Positions 1 to 7,915 of a stretch of 64,000 nucleotides of DNA are shown in pieces. Position 1 is the stretch's first letter. Every line of letters begins with the position of its first letter. Below the pieces are notes generated by a model. That model made no database searches. It had not been told where the DNA came from and was given only the letters and a program-made list of their open reading frames with translations. The position numbers were made by a program, and so were the translations under genes. The stretch is from positions 81,416 through 145,415 of the forward strand of contig SVIV01000001.1 in assembly GCA_015069325.1 (NCBI GenBank), in the 5' to 3' direction. The DNA is from Clostridiales bacterium. Its GTDB lineage: Bacteria; Bacillota; Clostridia; Christensenellales; UBA1242.

Positions 1-2
1 TT

Positions 3-629
3 GACAAATGCGTAGAAAAGTATATAATAGATAGTGGTGCGACTCCTGCTTGTAAGGGATATGAAGGATATCCAGCAACGCTATGCACTTCGGTAAACGA
101 AATGGTAGTGCATGGTATTCCAAGCGAAAGCGTTATCCTTAAAGAAGGAGATATAGTTAGTGTAGATCTGGTGGTAAACTACAAAGGGTATCACGGAGAT
201 GCTACAAGGACTTTCCCAGTAGGTAAAATTTCCGCGGAAAAACAAAGGCTTATCGATGTTACTAAAGAATGTTTTTTTGAAGGGATTAAAAACTTAAAAG
301 TAGGACATAGACTGGGAGAACTCTCAAATGCAATTCAAACGTATGCAGAGAAAAACGGTTATTCTGTTGTTAGAGAACTTGTTGGACATGGCATTGGAAA
401 GAATATGCACGAACCACCAAATGTTCCAAACTTTGGAAAAGTTACAAGTGGGCCGATTGTAACAGACAATGCGGTGCTTGCAATTGAGCCTATGATTAAT
501 ATGGGTAAAAAAGAAGTTTGGTTATTAGAAGATGGTTGGGGAGTTGTTACTCGTGATGGGTTGCCTTCTGCACATTATGAAAATACCGTTCATGTTACAA
601 AGAATGGTGTGGAAATCTGGACTTTGTAG
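3..629 (+). CDS. map: type I methionine aminopeptidase, 5' end outside window
   Basis: Frame is open from the window edge. Translation DKCVEKYIIDSGATPACKGYEGYPATLCTSVNEMVVHGIP...GDATRTF...HGIGKNMHEPP...AIEPMIN...AHYENTV matches Map. Sits upstream of infA as in Firmicutes. Confidence 0.93.
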   Translation, partial: DKCVEKYIIDSGATPACKGYEGYPATLCTSVNEMVVHGIPSESVILKEGDIVSVDLVVNYKGYHGDATRTFPVGKISAEKQRLIDVTKECFFEGIKNLKVGHRLGELSNAIQTYAEKNGYSVVRELVGHGIGKNMHEPPNVPNFGKVTSGPIVTDNAVLAIEPMINMGKKEVWLLEDGWGVVTRDGLPSAHYENTVHVTKNGVEIWTL

Positions 630-638
630 GTGACAAGT

Positions 639-899
639 ATGGAAAAAGGTTGTGTAGTAAAAGCCCTAGCGGGAAAAGAAAAAGGACAAATATTTGTCTT
701 AATCAATCTTGATGATAAATACGCTTATTTATCTGACGGGAAAAGGCTTAAAGCATCTAAGCCTAAGAGAAAGAGTTTTAAACATATTAAAGTGTTTTGC
801 TCTAGAGTCTTAAGCGAAGCAGAACTTATCGATCAAAACGAGAGAGTTAATGCTAAAATTAGAAAAATTTTATCAAATATAAGGAGAGACTATGTCTAA
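639..899 (+). CDS. KOW-domain RNA-binding protein (L14E/L6E/L27E-like) of the map-infA interval
   Basis: ORF 630-899. ATG 639 is preferred (AGGTGA 5 nt upstream). [21 protein letters not shown] is a KOW-like start. Conserved position; 8-nt overlap with infA. Confidence 0.7.
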   Translation: MEKGCVVKALAGKEKGQIFVLINLDDKYAYLSDGKRLKASKPKRKSFKHIKVFCSRVLSEAELIDQNERVNAKIRKILSNIRRDYV

Positions 900-1113
900 A
901 GAAGATGTAATTGAATTTGAAGGTGTGGTGGAAGAAGTTCTGCCAAACACAACTTTTAGAGTTCGTTTGTCTAATGGACATGAAATCATCACCTATCTTT
1001 CAGGGAAATTAAGAAAAAATTACATTAAAATTCTTGAAGGAGATAAAGTAAAAGTTGAAATGAGCCCTTATGATTTATCACAGGGCAGAATCACTTGGAG
1101 AGACAAGGGCTAA
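892..1113 (+). CDS. infA: translation initiation factor IF-1
   Basis: [70 protein letters not shown] is a full-length IF-1 S1 fold. SD AAGGAGAG lies upstream. Confidence 0.97.
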   Translation: MSKEDVIEFEGVVEEVLPNTTFRVRLSNGHEIITYLSGKLRKNYIKILEGDKVKVEMSPYDLSQGRITWRDKG

Positions 1114-1124
1114 AAGGAGACAAA

Positions 1125-1241
1125 ATGAAAGTTAGAGCATCTGTTAAGCCAATTTGTAATAAGTGTAGAGTAATCAAGAGAGATGGAAAAGTTATGGTCA
1201 TCTGCTCTAAAGATGCAAAACACAAACAAGTTCAAGGCTAA
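1125..1241 (+). CDS. rpmJ: 50S ribosomal protein L36
   Basis: Not in the ORF track (too short). Manual translation: [38 protein letters not shown], stop TAA at 1239-1241. SD AGGAG at 1115-1119. Confidence 0.95.
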   Translation: MKVRASVKPICNKCRVIKRDGKVMVICSKDAKHKQVQG

Positions 1242-1265
1242 AATTTAAATTTGGAGGATAATTAA

Positions 1266-1643
1266 ATGGCAAGAATTGCTGGTGTAGATTTACCCAGAGA
1301 AAAAAGATTGGAATTAGGACTTACTTACATCTATGGAATAGGTAGAGTTACTTCCAACAATATTTGTGAAGCAACAGGCATCAACCCTGACACAAGAGTT
1401 AAAGATTTGACTGATGACCAAGTTGCTAAACTTCGTAATTACATTGAACACGAACTCATCGTTGAAGGTGAACTTCGTAAAAAAGTCGATATGGACATCA
1501 AAAAACTTATCGAGATTGGATGCTATAGAGGCGTTCGTCATCGTAAGGGACTTCCTGTTAGAGGACAAAGCACAAAAAACAACGCTAGAACTAGAAAAGG
1601 TCCTAAGAAAGTTGTTGCTGGAAGCTCTAAGAAGGGTAAATAA
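1266..1643 (+). CDS. rpsM: 30S ribosomal protein S13
   Basis: [33 protein letters not shown]...[34 protein letters not shown]. Confidence 0.97.
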   Translation: MARIAGVDLPREKRLELGLTYIYGIGRVTSNNICEATGINPDTRVKDLTDDQVAKLRNYIEHELIVEGELRKKVDMDIKKLIEIGCYRGVRHRKGLPVRGQSTKNNARTRKGPKKVVAGSSKKGK

Positions 1644-1654
1644 GGAGATTAAAT

Positions 1655-2047
1655 ATGGCAAAAACTGTTAAAAAGACAACAAAGAAAAGAGTAAGCAGAA
1701 ACATCTCTGCTGGACAAGTTCATATCAAAACTTCTTTCAACAATACTATCGTTTGCTTTACTGACGCAGAAGGAAACGTGCTTTCTTGGTGCTCATCAGG
1801 AAAACTTGGACTTAAAGGTTCAAAGAAAAGCACACCATTCGCTGCACAATCTTGTGTTGAAGATGCTGCAAAAGTCGCAAAAGAACACGGCATTAAAACA
1901 GTTGAAGTTTTTGTTAAAGGACCAGGAAGCGGTAGAGAACTCGCTATCCGTTCACTTCAAAACTGTGAACTTAATGTTACTATGATTAAGGATGTATCTC
2001 CAATCGCTCATAACGGTTGCAGACCTCCTAAAACAAGAAGAGTATAA
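1655..2047 (+). CDS. rpsK: 30S ribosomal protein S11
   Basis: ...[30 protein letters not shown]...[12 protein letters not shown]...[29 protein letters not shown]. Confidence 0.97.
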   Translation: MAKTVKKTTKKRVSRNISAGQVHIKTSFNNTIVCFTDAEGNVLSWCSSGKLGLKGSKKSTPFAAQSCVEDAAKVAKEHGIKTVEVFVKGPGSGRELAIRSLQNCELNVTMIKDVSPIAHNGCRPPKTRRV

Positions 2048-2061
2048 AAGGAGAACTGAAA

Positions 2062-2688
2062 ATGGCAAGAACTATACAACCAGATTGCCGTCAATGCAGA
2101 AGAGAAGGATGCAAACTTTTCCTTAAAGGCGAAAGATGCACTTCTAAAAAATGCGCTATGGAAAGACGCCCAGTTATCCCTGGACAACACGGCAACTCAA
2201 AGAGAAGAGTAGCTTTCTCAGAATACGGCACTCAACTCAGAGAAAAACAAAAAGTTAAGAGAATGTATGGTGTTCTCGAAAAACAATTTAGAACATATTT
2301 CGAAGAAGCTGATAAAAAAGCTGGCGTTACAGGCGAAAATATGCTTTCTTTACTTGAAAGAAGACTTGATAACGTTGTTTATAGAATGGGAATCGCTTCT
2401 TCTAGAAAGAACGCTCGTCAAATCGTAAACCACGGTCATATCACAGTTAATGGAAGAAGAGTAAATATCCCTTCTTACAGAGTTAAAGCTGGAGATATCA
2501 TCGCAATTAAAGAAAACAAACAAGACAATGAAGCATTCAAACCACTTAGAGGTAGCAAAGTTGTTATGCCAAAATGGGTTGAATTTGATACAAATTCTTT
2601 CTCAGGAAAAGTAGTTGCTCTTCCTGTTAGAGAAGACATCGATGCAGATATCAAAGAACAACTTATTGTCGAATTGTATTCAAGATAA
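2062..2688 (+). CDS. rpsD: 30S ribosomal protein S4
   Basis: [26 protein letters not shown]...[24 protein letters not shown]...[13 protein letters not shown]...[33 protein letters not shown]. Confidence 0.97.
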   Translation: MARTIQPDCRQCRREGCKLFLKGERCTSKKCAMERRPVIPGQHGNSKRRVAFSEYGTQLREKQKVKRMYGVLEKQFRTYFEEADKKAGVTGENMLSLLERRLDNVVYRMGIASSRKNARQIVNHGHITVNGRRVNIPSYRVKAGDIIAIKENKQDNEAFKPLRGSKVVMPKWVEFDTNSFSGKVVALPVREDIDADIKEQLIVELYSR

Positions 2689-2706
2689 AACGGGAGGATC
2701 ACTTTT

Positions 2707-3657
2707 ATGGAAATGGAAAGACCAAAAATTACTTGTGAAGAAACAAATAATGGTTCTTTTTCAAGATTTGTTGTTGAACCACTTGAAAAAGGTTATGGTA
2801 TAACTCTTGGAAACGCAATGAGAAGAACTCTTCTCTCTGCTCTTCCTGGGTCAGCTCCTATCGCAATTAGAATTGCAGGAGTAGCTCACGAATTCTCAAC
2901 TATTAGAGGAGTTACTGAAGATGTTGTAGATATTATTCTCAACCTTAAAAGTCTTTATGTAAAATGTAAGGATACAAGTAGGGATTTCGTAACTTACTTA
3001 CATCTTAGAAAAACTTCAGCAGGCGAAGTTACTGCTGCAGATTTCGAAGAAAACAGTGATGTTGAAATTCTTAATCCAGACCTTCATATCTGCACAATGG
3101 ATGAAGGTGCTGTATTTGACCTTGACGTTATGATTGGTAATGGTAGAGGATATGTTCCAAATACAGAAAACAAAGAAAAGTTTGAAGATATCGATTATAT
3201 CGCTATGGACTCTCTTTTCTCACCTGTAAAGAAAGTTAACTTCAATGTTGAGAGCACTCGTGTAGGACAAAGCGTAAACTTTGATAAACTTACTTTAGAA
3301 GTTGAAACTAATGGAACTACAACAGGCAGAGATATTGTTTCTCTCGCTGGAAAACTTATTATGGAACACACAAATTTATTTGTAGAACTTTGTGCTCAAA
3401 TCGCAAATTCAAATATTCTTGTATCTCGTGAAGAAGACGAACAAGTAAAACTTATGGAACTTCCTATTGAAGAAATGGATCTTTCTGTTCGTTCATACAA
3501 TTGCTTGAAGAGAGCAGGTATTAATACAGTTGAAGACCTTACTAAAAAATCAAGAGGTGATATGCTTAAGGTTAAAAATCTTGGTATTAAATCTATTGAT
3601 GAGGTTATTGCAAAACTTGAAAGTTATGGACTTTCACTTCGCAAAGACGAAGACTAA
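2707..3657 (+). CDS. rpoA: DNA-directed RNA polymerase subunit alpha
   Basis: FVVEPLEKGYGITLGNAMRRTLLSALPGSAP N-terminal domain, and C-terminal domain LPIEEMDLSVRSYNCLKRAGINTVEDL...NLGIKSIDEV. SD GGGAGGA. Confidence 0.96.
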   Translation: MEMERPKITCEETNNGSFSRFVVEPLEKGYGITLGNAMRRTLLSALPGSAPIAIRIAGVAHEFSTIRGVTEDVVDIILNLKSLYVKCKDTSRDFVTYLHLRKTSAGEVTAADFEENSDVEILNPDLHICTMDEGAVFDLDVMIGNGRGYVPNTENKEKFEDIDYIAMDSLFSPVKKVNFNVESTRVGQSVNFDKLTLEVETNGTTTGRDIVSLAGKLIMEHTNLFVELCAQIANSNILVSREEDEQVKLMELPIEEMDLSVRSYNCLKRAGINTVEDLTKKSRGDMLKVKNLGIKSIDEVIAKLESYGLSLRKDED

Positions 3658-3678
3658 ACTTTATAAAGGAGAAATATA

Positions 3679-4188
3679 ATGGCTAACGCAAAACTCGGAA
3701 GACCTAGCAAAGAAAAAAATTCAATGCTCCGTGGACTTGTTTCTGACCTTCTTTGGTTTGGAAAAGTTGAAACAACTGTTGCTAGAGGAAAATCTGTAAA
3801 AAGAATGGCAGAAAAGCTTATTACTCTTGCAATCAACTCTTATGAAGATATCGTAAAAGTTGAAAAAGAAATCAAAGATGATAAGGGCGTAAAAGTTAAG
3901 ACTGTTGTATCAAATGACGGTCCTAAAAAATTACAAGCTCGTAGAGAACTTATGTCATATCTTATGGATAGACAAGAACAAAGACAACCAAAAGAAACTC
4001 CAGAATCATTTGAAGCAAGAACAAAGGATATCAAACATCCACTTCTCGAAAAGATTTTCAATGTTTATGCTCCAAAATATGCTATGAGAGCGAAAGAACT
4101 TGGACAAGGCGGTGGATACACAAGACTTGTTAAACTTGGCACTCGTAGAGGAGATGTTGCTGAAATGTGTATCGTTTCACTCATTTAA
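3679..4188 (+). CDS. rplQ: 50S ribosomal protein L17 (long form, about 45-aa internal insertion)
   Basis: LGRPSKEKNSMLRGLVSDLLWFGKVETTVARGKSVKRMAEKLITLA ... GGGYTRLVKLGTRRGDVAEMCIVSLI. A charged insert lies between the conserved halves. SD AAAGGAGA. Confidence 0.93.
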   Translation: MANAKLGRPSKEKNSMLRGLVSDLLWFGKVETTVARGKSVKRMAEKLITLAINSYEDIVKVEKEIKDDKGVKVKTVVSNDGPKKLQARRELMSYLMDRQEQRQPKETPESFEARTKDIKHPLLEKIFNVYAPKYAMRAKELGQGGGYTRLVKLGTRRGDVAEMCIVSLI

Positions 4189-4207
4189 TTGAATTTGAAA
4201 GAATAAG

Positions 4208-4236
4208 AAATCGCAGAAAATCTGCGATTTTTTTTG
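4208..4236 (+). terminator. rho-independent terminator of the ribosomal/rpoA operon
   Basis: Perfect stem AAATCGCAGA (4208-4217) / TCTGCGATTT (4221-4230), 3-nt loop, then a T run. Confidence 0.85.
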
Positions 4237-4348
4237 TTAAATTGACGATTTTATGATGTTTTTATAATAAAAAATATATAAGAATAGCGGTGTAATTTCA
4301 GAAGAAGAATTTTCTGAAATCAAGAAATCATACATTAAAGACTATGTA

Positions 4349-4395
4349 AAATAAAAAACAGGACTAAGGGTAAGAACTTTTGAAACTAGTGTAAT
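4349..4395 (+). repeat. left copy of an imperfect ~45-nt inverted repeat
   Basis: AAATAAAAAACAGG-actaagggta-AGAACTTTTGAAACTAGTGTAAT. The reverse complement of 5529-5573 matches in two perfect blocks (14/14 and 23/23 nt) around a divergent 8-10 nt core. Confidence 0.85.
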
Positions 4396-4401
4396 ATTAT
4401 G

Positions 4402-4435
4402 AAAGGTAAATCATATCTTGATTTACCTTTTTATA
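4402..4435 (+). terminator. terminator-like hairpin 6 nt after the left repeat copy
   Basis: 12-bp perfect stem AAAGGTAAATCA (4402-4413) / TGATTTACCTTT (4419-4430), 5-nt loop, T-rich tail. Confidence 0.6.
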
Positions 4436-4451
4436 ATTTTTGAAGAGGTTA

Positions 4452-4480
4452 TTGCAATATAATTATAAATATGCTATACT
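4452..4480 (+). promoter_or_regulatory. sigma70-like promoter of the cassette gene
   Basis: TTGCAA (4452-4457), 17-nt spacer, TATACT (4475-4480), about 24 nt before the ATG at 4504. Confidence 0.5.
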
Positions 4481-4503
4481 TTCTATACTTTTAGGGAGTG
4501 GGT

Positions 4504-5301
4504 ATGAGTTTACAATTTTTGAAAGATGAATTTGCTAAATTGCAAGCTATAAATGAAAAATTTGGCAAATGGGAAAATGAACTTAACGAAAAGCTTAATG
4601 GTGGAAAACTTGTATCATTAAAACTTTTTGAAATGATAAAAAGAACACCTATTGAGTGGGATACTCTTTGGGTTGTTACATCAATAGGAACTTTTACTTT
4701 AAATAATAATGTTGAAAATTTTGAATATGTTTTAAATCAAGCACAACAAACAGGTATAATCAAAAGTTTTGAAAGAAAGAAAATAGGTTATTCTCTTGTA
4801 GCAAAAGACGATACACCAATACGATTTATTAAACTTACTGATTTTATTCCGTCACTTGATGAAGATGTAAAAGAGAGATTACAATCAAGCAAAAGGTCAG
4901 GACATTGTCATTGGGATAGTATTCATCTCGCAGAACATTTAGAAATGCCAAATAGAGTTGTTAGTGGTTATTGCACAATGCAAAGTAAGAAAATGCCATA
5001 TCCACACACTTGGGTTGAACTTGAACATCAAGGGAAAGAATGGGTTTTGGATTTTTCTATGAATGAGGTAATGAATAAAGAGGGATACTACAAACTCTAC
5101 AATCCACAAAATACTATTTCTATTGATAATGCTACTCTAATTGAAGATTTGACTTCAAGAAAAAGGTCATCTTTGGAATGTGAAGATATTAGAATGTATC
5201 TTTTCCACCCAGACGAAGCAAGGAAAGTAATGCAAGAAGAAATTAAAAGTCATAAAACTTATGCGACTGGGGAATTCCCTTGGCTTATCATTGAGAAATA
5301 G
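4504..5301 (+). CDS. hypothetical protein with transglutaminase-like (papain-fold) Cys-His-Asp signature
   Basis: ORF 4498-5301. ATG 4504 is preferred (AGGGAG upstream). Motifs: SGHCHWDSIHLAEHLEMPNRVVSG (Cys), PYPHTWVELEHQGKEW (His), VLDFS (Asp). No signal peptide or TM. Confidence 0.6.
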   Translation: MSLQFLKDEFAKLQAINEKFGKWENELNEKLNGGKLVSLKLFEMIKRTPIEWDTLWVVTSIGTFTLNNNVENFEYVLNQAQQTGIIKSFERKKIGYSLVAKDDTPIRFIKLTDFIPSLDEDVKERLQSSKRSGHCHWDSIHLAEHLEMPNRVVSGYCTMQSKKMPYPHTWVELEHQGKEWVLDFSMNEVMNKEGYYKLYNPQNTISIDNATLIEDLTSRKRSSLECEDIRMYLFHPDEARKVMQEEIKSHKTYATGEFPWLIIEK

Positions 5302-5395
5302 ATTATGGCACTTAGACGTGTGCTTGTCTTGATACAAGTGTCGTCGCTTCGCTCCGACAGACAAGCACACACCTATAAACTAAATTTAATCAGAC

Positions 5396-5438
5396 AAAAA
5401 GCGAAAGTGTTGGTGAACGTAACACACTTTCGCTTTTT
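5396..5438. terminator. bidirectional terminator after the cassette gene
   Basis: AAAAAGCGAAAGTGT (5396-5410) / ACACTTTCGCTTTTT (5424-5438), 13-nt loop. A run before, T run after. Confidence 0.7.
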
Positions 5439-5488
5439 GCTGTTCTATGTATCTTGTCAAGTACCTTTCACGGCATAAACTAGCCATT

Positions 5489-5523
5489 AAAAAAAGAGAA
5501 CTAGATTTTTGCTCTAATTCTCT
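5489..5523 (-). terminator. minus-strand terminator-like hairpin adjacent to the right repeat copy
   Basis: AGAGAACTAG (5495-5504) / CTAATTCTCT (5514-5523), 1 mismatch, 9-nt loop. A7 at 5489-5495 gives a U run only on the minus strand. Confidence 0.45.
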
Positions 5524-5528
5524 TAATT

Positions 5529-5573
5529 ATTACACTAGTTTCAAAAGTTCTAGACTAATCCTGTTTTTTATTT
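5529..5573 (-). repeat. right (inverted) copy of the ~45-nt repeat
   Basis: ATTACACTAGTTTCAAAAGTTCT-agactaat-CCTGTTTTTTATTT, the reverse complement of 4349-4395 except for the central 8-10 nt. Confidence 0.85.
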
Positions 5574-5608
5574 GTTATTTATCCACATTTATGTTAAACT
5601 TATCCACA
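5572..5608 (+). promoter_or_regulatory. dtd promoter overlapped by two perfect DnaA boxes
   Basis: TTGTTA (5572-5577), 17 nt, TGtTAAACT (5592-5600). TTATCCACA at 5579-5587 (in the spacer) and 5600-5608 (overlapping the -10 and predicted TSS). Same orientation, 21 nt apart. Confidence 0.65.
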
Positions 5609-5621
5609 AAAGGAGAATAAA

Positions 5622-6068
5622 ATGAAAGCAGTTGTGCAAAGAGTTTTGGGGGCAGATTTAAAAGTTGATGGTAAGCTTATTTCTGAAATAAATAAAGGAT
5701 ATGTTGTGTTTTTGGGAGTCAAAGTCGGTGATAGCGAAAAAGAAGCAGAAAAAATCGCGTCTAAAATAGCAAAACTTCGTATTTTTGAAGATGAAAACGA
5801 GAAAATGAATTTATCAATTAAAGATGCTGGTGGGGAAATTTTGCTTGTTAGTCAGTTTACTCTTTACGGAGATTGCAAAGGTTGCAACAGACCAAGTTTT
5901 ATTCAGGCTGAAAGGCCTGAAAGGGCAAATGAACTCTATTTGCGTGTTAAAGCATTATTAGAAAAAGAAAATATATTTGTAAAAACAGGTGTTTTTGGTG
6001 CGGATATGAAAATTAATGTGCAAAATGACGGTCCTGTAACTATTATTTTGGATACAGCAGAAATTTAA
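5622..6068 (+). CDS. dtd: D-aminoacyl-tRNA deacylase
   Basis: MKAVVQRVLGADLKVDGKLISEINKGYVVFLGV...LLVSQFTLYGDCKGCNRPSF...NDGPVTIILD (SQFTL and NDGPVT motifs). SD AAAGGAGA. Confidence 0.93.
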   Translation: MKAVVQRVLGADLKVDGKLISEINKGYVVFLGVKVGDSEKEAEKIASKIAKLRIFEDENEKMNLSIKDAGGEILLVSQFTLYGDCKGCNRPSFIQAERPERANELYLRVKALLEKENIFVKTGVFGADMKINVQNDGPVTIILDTAEI

Positions 6069-6122
6069 TACAGATGTTTTTAAAGAAAGAGATGAATAAT
6101 TCACCCCTTTTCTTTTTTTATC

Positions 6123-6152
6123 TTGACAATTTAATGTGAATTTGGTTATAAT
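6123..6152 (+). promoter_or_regulatory. possible internal promoter ahead of PHP-whiA-dnaE
   Basis: TTGACA (6123-6128), 18-nt spacer, TATAAT (6147-6152). Confidence 0.45.
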
Positions 6153-6176
6153 TATATTTAATAATAGGGGTGAAAA

Positions 6177-6938
6177 ATGATTTTATTTGGTGATTATCAT
6201 ACTCATACGAAGTATTCGGCACATCATCACGCAAAAGGCACAATTTTAGAGAATGCTTCGGTTGCATCAGACAAAGGGTTGAAACAAATTGCAATATCAG
6301 ACCACGGTTTTAATCATATATTTTTTGGTGCAAATAGAAAAGATGTAGGGCAAATTAGAGAAGAAATTTTAACAGCAAAAGAAATTACAGGTGTAGATAT
6401 ATTGCAAGGCATTGAAGCAAACTTGACTTCACGCAATGGCGATATTGATGTGCTTGAAAGTGATTATGAATATTTGGATATTCTTCTTATGGGACATCAC
6501 ACCATGGTTAAAATGGACAATTTTAAGGACTTTATGGCGCTTAATATGTTGAATATGGCTTCCAACCCATACAAGCCCAGTAAAGATCGTTTAAACCGCA
6601 ATACAACAGCTTTTTTAAGGGCGTTGGATAAACACCCTATAGATATTATTACACATTTAAATTACGGGTTTCCTACAGATACATTGGCAGTTGCAAAACT
6701 TGCGAAAGAAAAAAATGTATTTGTTGAACTTAATGGTAAAAGAATTAATTTTACTGATAGAGAACTTTTAACAATGGCAGAAGAAGGAGTGAAGTTTATT
6801 GTAAATTCTGATGCGCATAATCCAAAGAATGTTGGAGAATGCAATAATGCAATAAACACAATTTTTAGATTAGAACTTCCTTTAGAGCAGGTTGTAAATG
6901 TGGATAAAACGCCAAAATTTACTAATAAGAGAGGATAG
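6177..6938 (+). CDS. PHP-domain (histidinol-phosphatase-family) metal-dependent phosphoesterase
   Basis: N-terminal FGDYHTHTKYSAHHH, ISDHGF, and C-terminal NSDAH metal-ligand motifs of the PHP fold. Confidence 0.75.
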   Translation: MILFGDYHTHTKYSAHHHAKGTILENASVASDKGLKQIAISDHGFNHIFFGANRKDVGQIREEILTAKEITGVDILQGIEANLTSRNGDIDVLESDYEYLDILLMGHHTMVKMDNFKDFMALNMLNMASNPYKPSKDRLNRNTTAFLRALDKHPIDIITHLNYGFPTDTLAVAKLAKEKNVFVELNGKRINFTDRELLTMAEEGVKFIVNSDAHNPKNVGECNNAINTIFRLELPLEQVVNVDKTPKFTNKRG

Positions 6939-6940
6939 TA

Positions 6941-7906
6941 GTGAGCTTTGCAAAAGATAGTAAGTTGGAAATAATTAAAGAGAGCATTGAAGACTCGGGC
7001 AATGCTCAAGCTTTTTTGGCGGGCCTTTTACATTCAGCTGGCACTATAACTAAAAATAGTGAAGGTATAAGGGTTGATATTGTCACCGATTTTAAAGAAA
7101 TGTATAGCCAAGTAAATGTTATTACACAAAAACTTTATGGGAAAGAATTGACTTTAGAAATTTCAGATGATTATATTATAAATAAAACTACATATTATCG
7201 AATTAAATTTCCTATTGAAATATCCATGCAAGTTTTAAAAGATTGCGGTTTATATAGTGAAGAAGAAGGAATCAATTTGTCTGGGCAAATCGATTTAAAT
7301 ATTGTGGCTGATGAAGAACAAAAGAAAAACTTTATAAAAGGTGCGTATGTGGGCTGTGCGACTTCAAGTATTAAATTAAGTGAACTTGGCTCGCAACTCC
7401 CTACGACTGGTTATCACGTAGAGTTTTCAAGTCATCACAAGGTGTTTCTAGAAGGCATAGAAGGGCTTTTAAAAGGCTTTGATATTCAAAGTCGTATTGC
7501 AAGTCGAAAAAGGATTTTTGTGCTGTATTTGAAAGATAGTGAAGCGATAAAAGACCTGCTTGCTTTAATAGGTGCAGAAGAGTCGGTTATGGCGCTTGCC
7601 GATGAAATGGCAAAAAGGGGACTTCGAAATACAGTAAACAGGCAAGTCAATTGCATTAATGCAAATATTAATAAAACTGTTGAAGCTTCATTAAAGCAAA
7701 TTAGTGCTATAAAATATATTAACAAAAAGATAGGCCTTGAAAGTTTGCCAGAAGATTTGCAAGAGGTGGCTGTTTTAAGACTTGCAAACCCACAAGAAAG
7801 TATGGAAGAACTTTTAAAGTTATCCACAATTAAGCTTACCAAAAGCGGACTTAATCATAGATTCAGACGAATTTTGAAAATTGCCGATTTCTTAAAAGAA
7901 AAATAA
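6941..7906 (+). CDS. whiA: DNA-binding protein WhiA
   Basis: GTG start 5 nt after GAGAGGA. About 320 aa. N-terminal FAKDSKLEI..., LAGLLHSAG LAGLIDADG-like region, and C-terminal HTH LTKSGLNHRFRRILKIAD. Confidence 0.85.
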   Translation: MSFAKDSKLEIIKESIEDSGNAQAFLAGLLHSAGTITKNSEGIRVDIVTDFKEMYSQVNVITQKLYGKELTLEISDDYIINKTTYYRIKFPIEISMQVLKDCGLYSEEEGINLSGQIDLNIVADEEQKKNFIKGAYVGCATSSIKLSELGSQLPTTGYHVEFSSHHKVFLEGIEGLLKGFDIQSRIASRKRIFVLYLKDSEAIKDLLALIGAEESVMALADEMAKRGLRNTVNRQVNCINANINKTVEASLKQISAIKYINKKIGLESLPEDLQEVAVLRLANPQESMEELLKLSTIKLTKSGLNHRFRRILKIADFLKEK

Positions 7907-7915
7907 AGGGGAAAT

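Noticed and set aside
1314-1671. Antisense and alternative-frame ORFs over rpsM (1314-1661 minus, 1414-1671 plus), and the many similar 60-145-codon ORFs over rpsD, rpoA, rplQ, dnaE, uvrB, uvrA, metG, PBP, glyQS and the giant ORF.
   Set aside because: They overlap confidently identified genes, lack SD sequences, and have low-complexity or odd composition typical of shadow ORFs in AT-rich DNA.
5579-7828. Whether the DnaA-box cluster is the chromosomal origin (oriC).
   Set aside because: There is no dnaA, dnaN or rpmH nearby. Only two boxes are intergenic, and they sit on a promoter. I saw no adjacent AT-rich unwinding element with the usual 13-mer-type repeats. Regulation or titration is more likely, and GC skew over the whole genome would settle it.
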